Source: Candidatus Latescibacterota bacterium (lineage in GTDB: Bacteria; Latescibacterota; UBA2968; UBA8231). Taken from it: a DNA stretch of 64,000 nt. The stretch is from positions 2,368,001 to 2,432,000 of the forward strand of contig OZ241362.1 in the NCBI GenBank assembly GCA_965200315.1, written 5' to 3'. Of the stretch, positions 1-10,304 are shown in pieces. A program made the position numbers and the translations under genes. The notes under the pieces are model-generated. The model ran no database searches. It had not been told where the DNA came from and was given only the letters and a program-made list of their open reading frames with translations. Position 1 is the stretch's first letter; the number at the start of each line of letters is the position of its first letter.

Positions 1-994
1 CGATATGCACGGTCGGAGCAACCGCGACCTCGGCCGGCAGCAGGCTGAGAAATTCGGTCAGCTCTGCGGAAGCCAGCGACAAGACGAGCGACACAGGATG
101 ATCTGGGTCGCCGCGCTGGAACACTTCGGAAATCATCAGGGAACCCTGCTCGCCGTGGTCGTTGGTGCCCGCGATGTGGAGATCGATGCGGCTGCGAAAA
201 CCAACGCCCGACGTCAGGCCAACTTTTAAGGCGACCGAGCTGAAGGCGATCTGATCTAAACCTGCGGGAAAATCGACTGCGCGAGAGACCGGCGCGACCG
301 GCAGGATGACCTCGTTGAGTACGCCCTCGACGTGGCTGAGGAGCAAGTCCCCGGTCTCAGCTTCTAGCAGTAGCTCGTCAGTAGTGCTGGTCTCTGCAAA
401 TTCGCCCTGCACCCGGTATGAGAACCGCAATTGGAGAGGACTCTGCGGGGCAAACTCACTGCCGGCCAAGTCAAAGGGCACCACCTTGCTCTCGCCAGAG
501 GCGAGCGCGTCAATGAGGAAGGCGTGGATCGTGCCGTCCGGCCTTTTGACATCGTCCAAGACCAGCTCGACCTGCAAGGGGATCGCGGTCTGGTTGGTCG
601 CCTTGAGGGTCAGGCTGCCGGCGGCAATGACCGCGTGCGCGATTTGGATGCGGTTGTCGGCAAAGGCGAGGGCCTCGGTTTTGGCAATCGCACCATCAGC
701 CGGCCCAATCGGCACCGCCAAGGAAGCAGAGATGAGCGCGACGCGAAGGCGGTCGCCGACTTCCTCGCGGTGGTTGAAGTCCGCGGTAAAATCTACCGCG
801 AGCAGGCCCTCGTCGTCGATCTTCAGGAAGCTGGTGCGCTCGTCGGCCAAGTCCTGAACCGTCGTCCGGTCGTCGGCGACGGGGATGCTGATCTGGAAAT
901 TGGTGCTGGGAATTTGGGGGGAGTTTACTTCGCAGCCCGTCAACGCGCTGACCCCTAGGAGCGCGCCCAACCATCGCCACCGTCCGGCAGTCAT
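1..994 (-). CDS. Hypothetical lipoprotein, partial (runs off left edge)
   Basis: Manual translation from ATG at 994: MTAGRWRWLGALLGVSALTGC-EVNSPQIP..., open to position 2; lipobox LTGC; absent from the ORF track because its stop lies outside the window. Confidence 0.75.
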   Translation of the reverse strand, partial: MTAGRWRWLGALLGVSALTGCEVNSPQIPSTNFQISIPVADDRTTVQDLADERTSFLKIDDEGLLAVDFTADFNHREEVGDRLRVALISASLAVPIGPADGAIAKTEALAFADNRIQIAHAVIAAGSLTLKATNQTAIPLQVELVLDDVKRPDGTIHAFLIDALASGESKVVPFDLAGSEFAPQSPLQLRFSYRVQGEFAETSTTDELLLEAETGDLLLSHVEGVLNEVILPVAPVSRAVDFPAGLDQIAFSSVALKVGLTSGVGFRSRIDLHIAGTNDHGEQGSLMISEVFQRGDPDHPVSLVLSLASAELTEFLSLLPAEVAVAPTVHI

Positions 995-1013
995 CCGCTA
1001 GCCGCTCAAGGAT

Positions 1014-2180
1014 CTATTTGATCCCCACAGCCCGGCGCAGCGGCTCGACCTTGTCGGTCCGTTCCCAGATGAACTCTGGCTCCTCGCGCCCAAAGTGGCC
1101 GTAGTTGGTGGTTTTTCGGTAGATGGGCCGCCTCAGTTGTAGGGCCTCAATGATGCCCTTGGGGGTTAGGTCGAAGACCTTTTCCACAGCCTCGGCGATC
1201 TCCTCGTCGGGCGCGATGCCCGTGCCAAAGGTATCGACCCGCACGGATACGGGCGCGGCCACGCCAATGGCATAGGCCAGTTGCACTTGGCAGCGGGCGG
1301 CCAAGCGGGCAGCCACCACGTTCTTGGCCACGTAGCGCGCCATGTAGTGGGCACTGCGGTCCACCTTGCTGGGGTCCTTGCCAGAAAAGGCACCCCCGCC
1401 GTGGGGGCACGCGCCTCCGTAGGTATCGACGATAATCTTGCGGCCCGTCAATCCACAGTCGCCGGCCGGCCCGCCGATGACGAAGCGACCCGTGGGGTTG
1501 ACGTGGTATTGGGTATCTGCGTCGAGCAGGTGAGCGGGAATTACTTCTTTCACGACCTGTTCGATCATGTCTTTTTTGATCTGCGCGTGACTGACCTCGG
1601 GAGCGTGTTGGGTCGAGAGGACCACGGCGCTTACCCGCACAGGCTGACCGTCGTCGTACTCGACCGTGACTTGAGACTTGGCGTCCGGGCGCAGATAGGG
1701 AATTTTCTCGTCTTTGCGCAGCCGCGTCAGGTGTTGCATAAGCGCGTGCGCGAGAGTAATGGGCAGCGGCATGAGCTGGCAGGTTTCGCGGCAGGCATAG
1801 CCAAACATCATGCCTTGGTCGCCAGCGCCCTCTTCCTTGTGCAACCCCTCACCCGCGTTGACGCCCTGGGCTATATCGGACGATTGCTGGCCCAAGGCCA
1901 CGAGAATAGAGCACGAGCGAAAGTCAAAGCCTTGCTTGGGAGCGCAGTAGCCAATATCGGCGATGACCTGCCTGACGAGGGCTTTAATGTCTAGGCAAGC
2001 CTCGCTTTTAACCTCGCCGGCGACTACTACTCGATTGGTGGTAACGAGGGTCTCGCAGGCGACCCGGGCGTTGAGGTCCTCCGCGAGCATGGCGTCGAGC
2101 ACGGCGTCGGAAATCTGGTCGGCGACTTTGTCGGGATGCCCTTCGGAGACGGATTCGGAAGTAAACATGTATTTGGACAT
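1014..2180 (-). CDS. metK: S-adenosylmethionine synthetase
   Basis: [28 protein letters not shown] motifs. Confidence 0.98.
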   Translation of the reverse strand: MSKYMFTSESVSEGHPDKVADQISDAVLDAMLAEDLNARVACETLVTTNRVVVAGEVKSEACLDIKALVRQVIADIGYCAPKQGFDFRSCSILVALGQQSSDIAQGVNAGEGLHKEEGAGDQGMMFGYACRETCQLMPLPITLAHALMQHLTRLRKDEKIPYLRPDAKSQVTVEYDDGQPVRVSAVVLSTQHAPEVSHAQIKKDMIEQVVKEVIPAHLLDADTQYHVNPTGRFVIGGPAGDCGLTGRKIIVDTYGGACPHGGGAFSGKDPSKVDRSAHYMARYVAKNVVAARLAARCQVQLAYAIGVAAPVSVRVDTFGTGIAPDEEIAEAVEKVFDLTPKGIIEALQLRRPIYRKTTNYGHFGREEPEFIWERTDKVEPLRRAVGIK

Positions 2181-2199
2181 AGTGTATTCTCAAGCTCCT

Positions 2200-3966
2200 T
2201 CAGTGATACCTCTGACGCCAGAAGGGTACGTACTTGCCGACGGCATCTCCCAAGTGCTCGCGCACCTCAGTTCCAGTGTCCAAGGTCAAGCATTCGTCGG
2301 CGATTTCCTGTGCCTTTTCCGCGCGAATGGCGCGAATGACCTCCTTGACCTCTGGGATGAGACCAGGGCTTAGACTCAGACAATCCAGCCCGAGACCGAG
2401 CAAGAGCGTCGTGGCCAAGGGGTCGCCGGCCATCTCGCCGCAGATGCTCACGGGCGTGTTAGTGCGCTGGCCGCTGTCGGCGACCATCTTGATCAAGCGC
2501 AAGACCGCCGGGTGAAACGGGTCGTAGAGCCAAGCCACCTTGCTCATGCCGCGATCCACGGCCAACGCGTACTGGGTCAGGTCGTTGGTGCCGAGACTAA
2601 AAAAATCCGCTTCGCTGGCAAAGTGATCGGCCATCAAAGCCACGGACGGCACTTCGACCATAATTCCCAGCTTGCAATGCTCGGCAAAGGGCCGCCCCGC
2701 CGCTCGCAGTTCGTCTTTGGCTTCCTCCACTAGTACCCGGATACGCCGCAGCTCGTTCAAGCTAGATATCATTGGCAACAAAATTTGAGCCTCGCCGCGT
2801 ACTCCGGCTCTGAGCAGGGCGCGCAACTGCGTCTTGAACAGATCTGGGGTATCGAGACAGATGCGGATGCCGCGCCATCCCAAGAAGGGGTTGGCCTCGG
2901 ACGGCACCTCCAAGACGTGGGACAGCTTGTCGCCTCCCAAGTCCATGGTGCGGATCACTACGGGATGCGGGACCAGCGATTCGACGAGGGCGGAATAGAC
3001 CTTGAACTGCTCTTCCTCGGAGGGCAAGCGGTAGTTGAGATACAGGAACTCGGTGCGGTACATGCCCACGCCGCGGGCACCGTGGTCGAGCGCCATCTGC
3101 ACTTCGGCCGGCACATCGACATTGGCCATCAATACAATTTCCTGCCCGTCTCGGGTAACGGCAGGTAAGTTGCGGCGCCTCTCTAGGCCGCGCTCGCGTC
3201 GAAGCTGACGCCGGCGACGCGCCCGATAGCTCCGCTCACCGCGAGCATCGGGCCGCAGGTGGACTTGGCCTTCGTTGCCATCAACGACCACCAAGTCGCC
3301 ATCTACCACTTGCTGCGAACAGTCGCCGGTGCCGACGACCGTGGGTAGCTGCAACGAGCGGGCGATGATGGCCGCGTGCGAAGCCGCACCGCCGGCATCG
3401 AGTACCACGCCTTTGATCCGGCGGCGCTCTAGGCGCACCATCTCCGAGGGCAGCAAATCGTGGGCTAGGACAATCGTGTTGGCGCGGAGCGAATCGAGTG
3501 CTTTGACCTCGCCTCCCGCTAAGCGCATCAACACCTGATTCTCGATATCCGCGATGTCGCTTATTCGCGCCCGCAGGTATTCGTTTTCAATGCTGCCGAA
3601 GGCCTCTTTGACTTTCTCCAGTTCTTCGGCGTACGCCCGCTCAGCCGAATAGTGCTTTTCGCGAATCAATGCCTCGGTGCGCTCTATGATGGATGGGTCC
3701 TCTAGCATAGCGAGCTGGGCGTCGAAGATCTGCGCCAACTCCTCGCCCTGCTCGCTGGCGACCCAGCGACGAATGCGGCGAATTTCGTCCCCAGCTTGGT
3801 GGAGTATGTTGCGAAAGCGCTCGATCTCCTCCCCAACCAGATGCTGCGCCACGCGCTGGCGAGTGATAACCGGGGCCTGCTTGTCGTATGCGAAAGCCCG
3901 GCCAATGCCAATGCCGGGGGAGACGCATATACCATCGAAAACCCTATGTTCGCTGGTCGTGGTCAA
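2200..3966 (-). CDS. ptsI: PTS enzyme I (PEP-protein phosphotransferase)
   Basis: SHAAIIARS phospho-His motif, GMYRTEFL, EANPFLGWRGIR, DFFSLGTNDL, CGEMAGDP. Confidence 0.96.
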   Translation of the reverse strand: MTTTSEHRVFDGICVSPGIGIGRAFAYDKQAPVITRQRVAQHLVGEEIERFRNILHQAGDEIRRIRRWVASEQGEELAQIFDAQLAMLEDPSIIERTEALIREKHYSAERAYAEELEKVKEAFGSIENEYLRARISDIADIENQVLMRLAGGEVKALDSLRANTIVLAHDLLPSEMVRLERRRIKGVVLDAGGAASHAAIIARSLQLPTVVGTGDCSQQVVDGDLVVVDGNEGQVHLRPDARGERSYRARRRRQLRRERGLERRRNLPAVTRDGQEIVLMANVDVPAEVQMALDHGARGVGMYRTEFLYLNYRLPSEEEQFKVYSALVESLVPHPVVIRTMDLGGDKLSHVLEVPSEANPFLGWRGIRICLDTPDLFKTQLRALLRAGVRGEAQILLPMISSLNELRRIRVLVEEAKDELRAAGRPFAEHCKLGIMVEVPSVALMADHFASEADFFSLGTNDLTQYALAVDRGMSKVAWLYDPFHPAVLRLIKMVADSGQRTNTPVSICGEMAGDPLATTLLLGLGLDCLSLSPGLIPEVKEVIRAIRAEKAQEIADECLTLDTGTEVREHLGDAVGKYVPFWRQRYH

Positions 3967-4235
3967 GTTTGCCCCTCGAACGTGCTCTCCAACAGTGAGA
4001 TCATGGCCGCGGCGGCCGCGTTCTCGTCTTCGCCCTCGGCCCGGACGGCGACTTGGGCACCTTGCTCGGCAGCCAGCATCATCACGCCCATGATGCTCTT
4101 GCCGTTGACCCCATCGACGTCGCCTTTGGAAAGGTAAATGTCAGCTTTGAACTGGGCTGCCGTCTGCACCAACAGCGCGGCTGGACGAGCGTGAATACCC
4201 AGTGGATTGTTGATGATGGCCGTCTTTTCAACCAT
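3963..4235 (-). CDS. ptsH: HPr phosphocarrier protein
   Basis: GIHARPA (His15) and NGKSIMG (Ser46) motifs; overlaps ptsI start. Confidence 0.96.
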   Translation of the reverse strand: MVEKTAIINNPLGIHARPAALLVQTAAQFKADIYLSKGDVDGVNGKSIMGVMMLAAEQGAQVAVRAEGEDENAAAAAMISLLESTFEGQT

Positions 4236-4246
4236 GGCCTATTGCT

Positions 4247-5002
4247 TTACTCCTGTCGTTCTTTCACGTGTACTGCTCGGCTCAGAGCACATAGGCGCTG
4301 CTGATCGTCTTCGACGACGCTGCCCGTGACCACGAAGCCCGCACCGGCCTCCACCTTGGCTCGCGCCACTCCCGGTTCGCGGATGCCGCCGCCGACGACG
4401 ACCGGCACCGATACGCAATCCGCTACCGCGCTGACCAATTCGTCGGGCACAGAAGCGCACGCGCCGCTGCCGGTCTCTAGGTAAATAAGCCGCATGCCCA
4501 AGTACTCGGCCGCCAAGGCGTGGGCCATAGCAATGTCGATCTTGTCGCGCGGGATGGGCCGGGTATCGCTCATAAATTCCACCGAGGTCAGGGTCCCGGA
4601 CTCGACCAGCATATATCCGGTAGGGATGGCTTCAATGCCGTACTCGCGGATCAAGGGTGCGGCCTTGACGTGCTCGCCGATCAAGAGCTCGGGATTGCGT
4701 CCGCTGACCAGCGACAGAAAGAAGATCGCATCGGCCGTCGGCACCACTTGACCCCAGCTCCCAGGAAAGCTGATCACCGGCACATCAACCTTGGCCCGGA
4801 CGCGCTCGAAACAGACCGCATTGCGAGCCGAGAACATCAGGCTCGTACCGATGAGGATCGCGTCGGCCCCGGCCGCAGCGCAGAGCTGGGCGCGAGCCTC
4901 TAATTCGTCTGGAGCCAACCGATCTGGATCCAGCAAGGGCAGGTAGCCAGCGCCGCGGCGGTGACGGATGTCTAGTAGGTGTTGCAGTACACTGCTTGTC
5001 AC
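4247..5002 (-). CDS. Geranylgeranylglyceryl phosphate synthase family protein (group II-like)
   Basis: LLDPD, SLVSGRNPELLIG, GYMLVESG, YLETGSGA, VVVGGGIR motifs. Confidence 0.9.
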   Translation of the reverse strand: MTSSVLQHLLDIRHRRGAGYLPLLDPDRLAPDELEARAQLCAAAGADAILIGTSLMFSARNAVCFERVRAKVDVPVISFPGSWGQVVPTADAIFFLSLVSGRNPELLIGEHVKAAPLIREYGIEAIPTGYMLVESGTLTSVEFMSDTRPIPRDKIDIAMAHALAAEYLGMRLIYLETGSGACASVPDELVSAVADCVSVPVVVGGGIREPGVARAKVEAGAGFVVTGSVVEDDQQRLCALSRAVHVKERQE

Positions 5003-5015
5003 AAATTCAACTCGC

Positions 5016-7652
5016 CTATTTTAGCTGCTGCTCGACGATGCTCGCCACTTGCGCTAGCGCCTCGTCGAGTTTGCCCGGGTCGCGTCCGCCCGCCTGGGCC
5101 AAGTGCGCCTTGCCGCCGCCCGAACCACCAGCTAGCTGCGCCACGCCGCGCACAATGTCGCCGGCCTTCAGCCCGCGGCCCTTAATCAAGTCGTCGGTGA
5201 CAACGGCAATAAAGGAAACCTTGCCGCCGATATCCGCCCCCAAGACGCCAACTCCCGACCCCAAGCTCTCTCGCAGTCCGTCGGCCATGGCCCGCAGGCT
5301 GGGCACATCCTCGGCTTGGGTGCGTTGCGCCACGACCTTGACCCCTTGTACTTCTCGCGCCTCGTTCAAATTATTGGTTGCCTCTAACGCCGCAACCCGA
5401 CGCCGCAATTCGTCGAGGGACCGCTCCAACTGGCGATTGCGCCCCAAGAGCGCCTCGATTTTGTCCGCCAACTTTTCAGGCGCGGCATTGAGCCGGGTGC
5501 CCAAATCCGCCAACACCTGCCGTCGCAGGTGCGCGACGCGTTCGGCCCCAGCGCCGGTCAACGCCTCGCTGCGCCGGACGCCAGCGGCAATGCCGCTTTC
5601 GGAAAGCAAATCGAAAGCGCCGATCTCACCGGTCGAGCGCACATGGGTGCCACCGCACAGTTCAAGACTAAAGTCGCCGATCCGCACCACGCGAACTTGA
5701 TCGTCGTATTTCTCGCCGAAGAGCGCCTGCGCCCCCATAGCCTTGGCTTTTTCCAACGCTTCTTGAAAGGCACTCACTGCTAGATCGGCGCGAATCTGCT
5801 CGTTGACCCGCTCCTCGATTTCGCGCAACTGCTCAGGCTGTGCGGCGGCGAAATGCGAAAAGTCAAAGCGCAAGCGGTCTGGCGCAACCAGCGAACCCAT
5901 CTGCCCTACGTGGTCGCCGAGGGTCCGCCGCAGCGACTCGTGCAATAAATGGGTCGCCGTGTGGTTGCGCTCGGCGTCCATGCGGGCTTGGCGGTCCACT
6001 CGGGCGACAACTGCACCGATCAACGCTTCAGCCTCGCCCTCCACTAAGCGACCTTTGTGGACGATGCCGCCGCGCGCCCGCTGCACTTCTTCGACTTCGA
6101 CGGCAAAACCGTTGCCCTCGATCCGGCCGCGGTCGCCGACCTGCCCCCCGGCTTCAGCGTAGAAAGGGGTCCGATCCAGTACGAGCCACACGGTTCGGCT
6201 GAGCTCACCGTCGAAGCCTCGGCTATTTTCGCCTTCTTCGGCCTGTACCACCCGAGCGTCTGTTTCCAACTCGTCGTAGCCGACGAAGCGCGAATGCGTT
6301 CCCTCCAAGGCATCGCCCATGCCTTCGCTGGCACTAAACTGTGCTCGGGTGGCCTGACGCGCCCGCTGCCGCTGGGATTCAAGTGCGTGATCGAACTGGT
6401 CCCGCTCGACTAGCGGGATCCCCTGTTCGCGGGCCATTAGCTCCGTCAGATCCAACGGGAAGCCATAGGTGTCGTAGAGTTGGAAAGCATCGCCGCCGGT
6501 GATCTGCCCCTTGACTGCAAACCGTGCGAAGATGTCTAGACCGCGGTCGAGGGTCTTGCCAAAACTCTCTTCCTCGGAGTGAATGACTCGGGCAATGTGA
6601 TCCTGCCTAGCTACGACCTCCGGGAAAACATGCCCCATAGTTTCGCCCAACGTGCCAACTAACTGGTGAATGAAGGGATCGTGCTGATCGAGCTGGCGGG
6701 CGTAGCGCGCGGCGCGGCGCAGGATGCGGCGCAGGACGTAGCCACGCCCCTCGTTGGAGGGCATTGCACCATCGGCCATGGCGAAGCTGAGGGCGCGGAC
6801 GTGGTCGGCGATGACCTGCATGGGGACGCGGTGCTCGCCGCCGTACTCTTGCCCCGTCAGCTCGGCGATGCGGCCGATGAGCGGCCGGAAGACATCGGTC
6901 TCGTAGTTGCTGGCGGCCCCTTGCAAGAGGCTGCACATCCGCTCAAAGCCCATGCCGGTATCCACGTGCTTTTCAGGCAGGGATTGCAGCGCTCCGGTCT
7001 CGTCGCGGTTGTATTGGATGAAGACCAAGTTCCAGATCTCGACCAGATCGCCCGTATCGTCGATGAGCATACGGGGGGCTTGCGCCGACAAATCGTCTCC
7101 CAAGTAGTAATGGATCTCGGAGCAAGGGCCGCAGGGACCGGTCTCGCCCATTTCCCAAAAGTTTTCCTTGGCCGGCAGGCGCACGACGCGGCCCGGCAGC
7201 AAGTCGGTGCATTCGTACCAGAACGCCTCAGCCTCCGCGTCGGCTTCTACCGAGTCGTCGCCGACAAAGATAGTCGCCCAGAGCCGCTCCTTTTCCAAGC
7301 CAAAGTGCTCGGTAATTAACTCCCAGCCCCATTCGATGGCCTCTTTTTTGAAGTAGTCGCCAAAGGACCAGTTGCCCAGCATCTCAAAGAAGGTGTGGTG
7401 CCAAGGGCTGTAGCCGACTTCGTCGAGGTCGTTGTGCTTGCCCGAGACCCGCACGACCTTCTGAGTATCAACCGCCCGGGTGTAGTCGCGCCGGCCCAAG
7501 CCCAAGAAGACATCCTTGAACTGGTTCATGCCGGCGTTGGTAAAATAGAGGGTGGGGTCGTCTTGCGGCACGACCGGCGCACTCGGCACGCGCACGTGGC
7601 CCTTGCCTTCAAAAAAACGGAGGAACGCCTCCCTAATCTCCCTTGACTTCAT
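5016..7652 (-). CDS. alaS: Alanine--tRNA ligase
   Basis: FTNAGMNQFK, HHTFFEMLGNWS, DTGMGFER, NHTATH and ELCGGTH editing motifs, GGSGGG C-terminus. Confidence 0.98.
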   Translation of the reverse strand: MKSREIREAFLRFFEGKGHVRVPSAPVVPQDDPTLYFTNAGMNQFKDVFLGLGRRDYTRAVDTQKVVRVSGKHNDLDEVGYSPWHHTFFEMLGNWSFGDYFKKEAIEWGWELITEHFGLEKERLWATIFVGDDSVEADAEAEAFWYECTDLLPGRVVRLPAKENFWEMGETGPCGPCSEIHYYLGDDLSAQAPRMLIDDTGDLVEIWNLVFIQYNRDETGALQSLPEKHVDTGMGFERMCSLLQGAASNYETDVFRPLIGRIAELTGQEYGGEHRVPMQVIADHVRALSFAMADGAMPSNEGRGYVLRRILRRAARYARQLDQHDPFIHQLVGTLGETMGHVFPEVVARQDHIARVIHSEEESFGKTLDRGLDIFARFAVKGQITGGDAFQLYDTYGFPLDLTELMAREQGIPLVERDQFDHALESQRQRARQATRAQFSASEGMGDALEGTHSRFVGYDELETDARVVQAEEGENSRGFDGELSRTVWLVLDRTPFYAEAGGQVGDRGRIEGNGFAVEVEEVQRARGGIVHKGRLVEGEAEALIGAVVARVDRQARMDAERNHTATHLLHESLRRTLGDHVGQMGSLVAPDRLRFDFSHFAAAQPEQLREIEERVNEQIRADLAVSAFQEALEKAKAMGAQALFGEKYDDQVRVVRIGDFSLELCGGTHVRSTGEIGAFDLLSESGIAAGVRRSEALTGAGAERVAHLRRQVLADLGTRLNAAPEKLADKIEALLGRNRQLERSLDELRRRVAALEATNNLNEAREVQGVKVVAQRTQAEDVPSLRAMADGLRESLGSGVGVLGADIGGKVSFIAVVTDDLIKGRGLKAGDIVRGVAQLAGGSGGGKAHLAQAGGRDPGKLDEALAQVASIVEQQLK

Positions 7653-8121
7653 TGGCTAACTCCTGCCATACCTGTTCGACCACTGCTCTAGCCATTTCCG
7701 CATCGCAACCACGCCGGGCCAAAAAGCCCAACATCCGACGCTTGGCCTTGTCGGGTGCCAAGCCCCGGTAGCGCCAAGCCTGCTTGCTCAGCAACGCGAC
7801 CGTCCGTTCGCTCGAATCGAGCACTGGCGCGTACTCGGCGATGACCTCGTCAACGACGCCAGCGGCCACGCCTTTGTGCCTGAGATCTTGGGCTAGTTTG
7901 CGCGCACCATAAGCCCGCGGCAATCGCGCCTCAATCCAGCGCCGAGCGAACTCGCGGTCGTCGAGAAGCTGCTGGCGTTGCAAGTCGGCGACAACCTCGG
8001 CGACAACCTCGGCGGCAAAGTCCTTCTCCCTTAGCTTATCGCGCACCTCCGCTACGGATCGCGCCCTATAGCTGAGATAGTGATAGGCGGCATCCTTGGC
8101 CTTTTGCAGTGGGTCGTCCAC
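7633..8121 (-). CDS. recX: Regulatory protein RecX
   Basis: YLSYRARS..E...KL, LLDDREFA, GFLARRG; directly downstream of recA. Confidence 0.9.
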   Translation of the reverse strand: MDDPLQKAKDAAYHYLSYRARSVAEVRDKLREKDFAAEVVAEVVADLQRQQLLDDREFARRWIEARLPRAYGARKLAQDLRHKGVAAGVVDEVIAEYAPVLDSSERTVALLSKQAWRYRGLAPDKAKRRMLGFLARRGCDAEMARAVVEQVWQELANEVKGD

Positions 8122-9186
8122 TTATTCGTCGGCTTCGCGGGCCTCGTTTTGTCCTGCCACAACTTCGAGGCCCAACTCGACGCGTAGCTTGTGCTCAATC
8201 TCTGCGGCGACTGGTGCGTTTTCGCGCAGAAAGGCGCGGGCATTGTCTCGGCCCTGCCCCAATCGCTCGCCATTGTAGGAAAACCACGACCCACTCTTGT
8301 CAATAAGCCCCTTGCCAACACCGATATCAATCAGGTCGCCCTCCCAAGAAATGCCAATTGAGTCGCCGTGAAAGATCAGGTCGAATTCAGCTTCGCGAAA
8401 GGGGGGTGCCACTTTGTTTTTGACGACCTTGACCCGAGTGCGATTGCCAATATCGAGGTCGCCGTCTTTGACGCGGGCGATGCGGCGGATGTCGATGCGC
8501 ACCGAGGAGTAGAAGGGCAGAGCGCGCCCGCCGGTGGTGGTTTCCGGGTTGCCGAACATCACGCCGATCTTCATGCGCAACTGGTTGAGAAAGATCAGAC
8601 AGGTGTGCGAGCGGTTGATCGAGCCAGCGAGCTTGCGCAGGGCTTGGGACATCAGCCGCGCGTGCAAGCCCACGTGCGAATCACCCATGTCGCCTTCCAA
8701 TTCGGCCTGCGGTACCAGCGCGGCCACCGAATCCACCACGATGATATCGAAGGCACCACTGCGCACCAAGGTATCGACGATTTCGAGGGCTTGCTCGCCC
8801 GAATCCGGCTGCGATATGATTAGGTTTTCCACATCAACGCCAATGCGCCGAGCGAAGCTGACGTCGAGGGCGTGTTCGGCGTCGATAAAGGCCGCGGTGC
8901 CGTTCTGCTTTTGCGACTCGCGAATGGCGTGCAGCGAGAGCATGGTCTTGCCCGCCCCTTCTGGACCGGATATTTCGACGATCCGCCCCTTGGGCAAGCC
9001 GCCGATACCCAGCGCTACATCTACAGCCAGCGATCCGGTAGAAATCGCCTCCATCTCTTGCACTCCGCCCTCGTCGCCGAGGCGCATAATCGACCCCTTG
9101 CCGTACTGCTTTTCAATCTGCGACATCGCCAGTTCCAGCGCTTTGGCCTTGTTGCCGTCTGCGCTGTGTCCGTTCGCTTTCGCCAT
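8122..9186 (-). CDS. recA: Recombinase RecA (start trimmed to MAKANG)
   Basis: [60 protein letters not shown]. Confidence 0.97.
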   Translation of the reverse strand: MAKANGHSADGNKAKALELAMSQIEKQYGKGSIMRLGDEGGVQEMEAISTGSLAVDVALGIGGLPKGRIVEISGPEGAGKTMLSLHAIRESQKQNGTAAFIDAEHALDVSFARRIGVDVENLIISQPDSGEQALEIVDTLVRSGAFDIIVVDSVAALVPQAELEGDMGDSHVGLHARLMSQALRKLAGSINRSHTCLIFLNQLRMKIGVMFGNPETTTGGRALPFYSSVRIDIRRIARVKDGDLDIGNRTRVKVVKNKVAPPFREAEFDLIFHGDSIGISWEGDLIDIGVGKGLIDKSGSWFSYNGERLGQGRDNARAFLRENAPVAAEIEHKLRVELGLEVVAGQNEAREADE

Positions 9187-9218
9187 GAAAATCTCCCTAA
9201 TTAAGTGTGGTATCCATT

Positions 9219-9668
9219 CTAGCCCATCCACTCGGCCAAATAGAACGACGAGCGAATGACCGCGTTGCTGTACAGGCCAGCGACCATGTCGTCGGCCACA
9301 ATACCCCACCCCCCGGGCAGGGCTTCTAGTTGCCGCGCCGGGGGCGGCTTGACAATATCGAAGGCGCGGAAGACGAAGAAGCCCGCAATGACCGTTCCTG
9401 CGCTTGGGGGCAAAAATGCCACTGCAAAGAGAAAGCCCACCCCCTCGTCAATGACGACTTGCCCGGGGTCCTCGCCCCATTCCGGGGCCGCCCGGCCCGC
9501 GCTGTACACCCCAAGGGCCGAAGCAGCTAAAAGCACTCCGATCCATTCCAGCTCTCCCAAAGTGGGAAAAAACAGCCAGTATAACAGAGCGACGAACGCG
9601 GTACCAGCCGTACCGGGCATCCACGGAGCATAGCCGACGAAAAAGAGCGTGGCGATCAGTCGGTTCAG
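9219..9668 (-). CDS. pgpA: Phosphatidylglycerophosphatase A (probable CTG start)
   Basis: [35 protein letters not shown]; conserved [10 protein letters not shown] segment lies upstream of the first ATG (9620). Confidence 0.88.
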   Translation of the reverse strand: MNRLIATLFFVGYAPWMPGTAGTAFVALLYWLFFPTLGELEWIGVLLAASALGVYSAGRAAPEWGEDPGQVVIDEGVGFLFAVAFLPPSAGTVIAGFFVFRAFDIVKPPPARQLEALPGGWGIVADDMVAGLYSNAVIRSSFYLAEWMG

Positions 9669-9694
9669 AAGAAACGCGTTCCTCTACGCCGCGC

Positions 9695-10297
9695 TCAAGG
9701 TTCCTTGTAGGAAGAGGTCGCGCGGAACAGGTAGTGAAAACCCGACAGCAGCGTCAGCAACAGCACCCCCGCCAATAGCGCATTGGCCAAAAGCTGGATT
9801 AGCTGGTCGTCGAGAAAGAAGAGATGACCTGCGGCAAAGCGCCCCATCGCCTCCTCAAGGCCAATGACAAAAAGTATGAAGATAACCGTGAAAAGCTGGA
9901 CCGCGGTCTTCCACTTAGCCAAGCGCGAAGTGACCATGGGGCGGCCCCGGTATATCCCGTAGAGGCGCATGCCCGTAATCAGGATGTCGCGCCCGACGAT
10001 GGGCAAGACCAGCCAAAAATTGACCATTCTGTTCAACGCTAGGGCAATGAGTGCCGACGTTACCAAGATTTTGTCGGCCAACGGGTCCAAGAAGCGGCCC
10101 AGCGGCGTTACTTGGTTGCCAGCGCGCGCTAGTTTGCCATCGTAGAAATCGGTCAGCGAGGCTGCGCTGAAGACGACGAAGGCAAGGCTTTTCAAATACC
10201 AAGTATCGGTGAACAGCAGCAGCAAAAACAGCGGCGTCAAACCGATCCTGAGCGCGGTCAGTCCATTGGGCAAGTTAAAAATATCGCGCCGGTCCAT
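9695..10297 (-). CDS. pgsA: CDP-diacylglycerol--glycerol-3-phosphate 3-phosphatidyltransferase
   Basis: NLPNGLT, TDFYDGKLAR...GRFLDPLADK CDP-alcohol phosphotransferase motif. Confidence 0.92.
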   Translation of the reverse strand: MDRRDIFNLPNGLTALRIGLTPLFLLLLFTDTWYLKSLAFVVFSAASLTDFYDGKLARAGNQVTPLGRFLDPLADKILVTSALIALALNRMVNFWLVLPIVGRDILITGMRLYGIYRGRPMVTSRLAKWKTAVQLFTVIFILFVIGLEEAMGRFAAGHLFFLDDQLIQLLANALLAGVLLLTLLSGFHYLFRATSSYKEP

Positions 10298-10304
10298 GAC
10301 TACC

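Noticed and set aside
7987-8016. 12-bp tandem repeat GGCGACAACCTC in recX
   Set aside because: Two in-frame copies encoding AEVV in a helix; too short to be meaningful.
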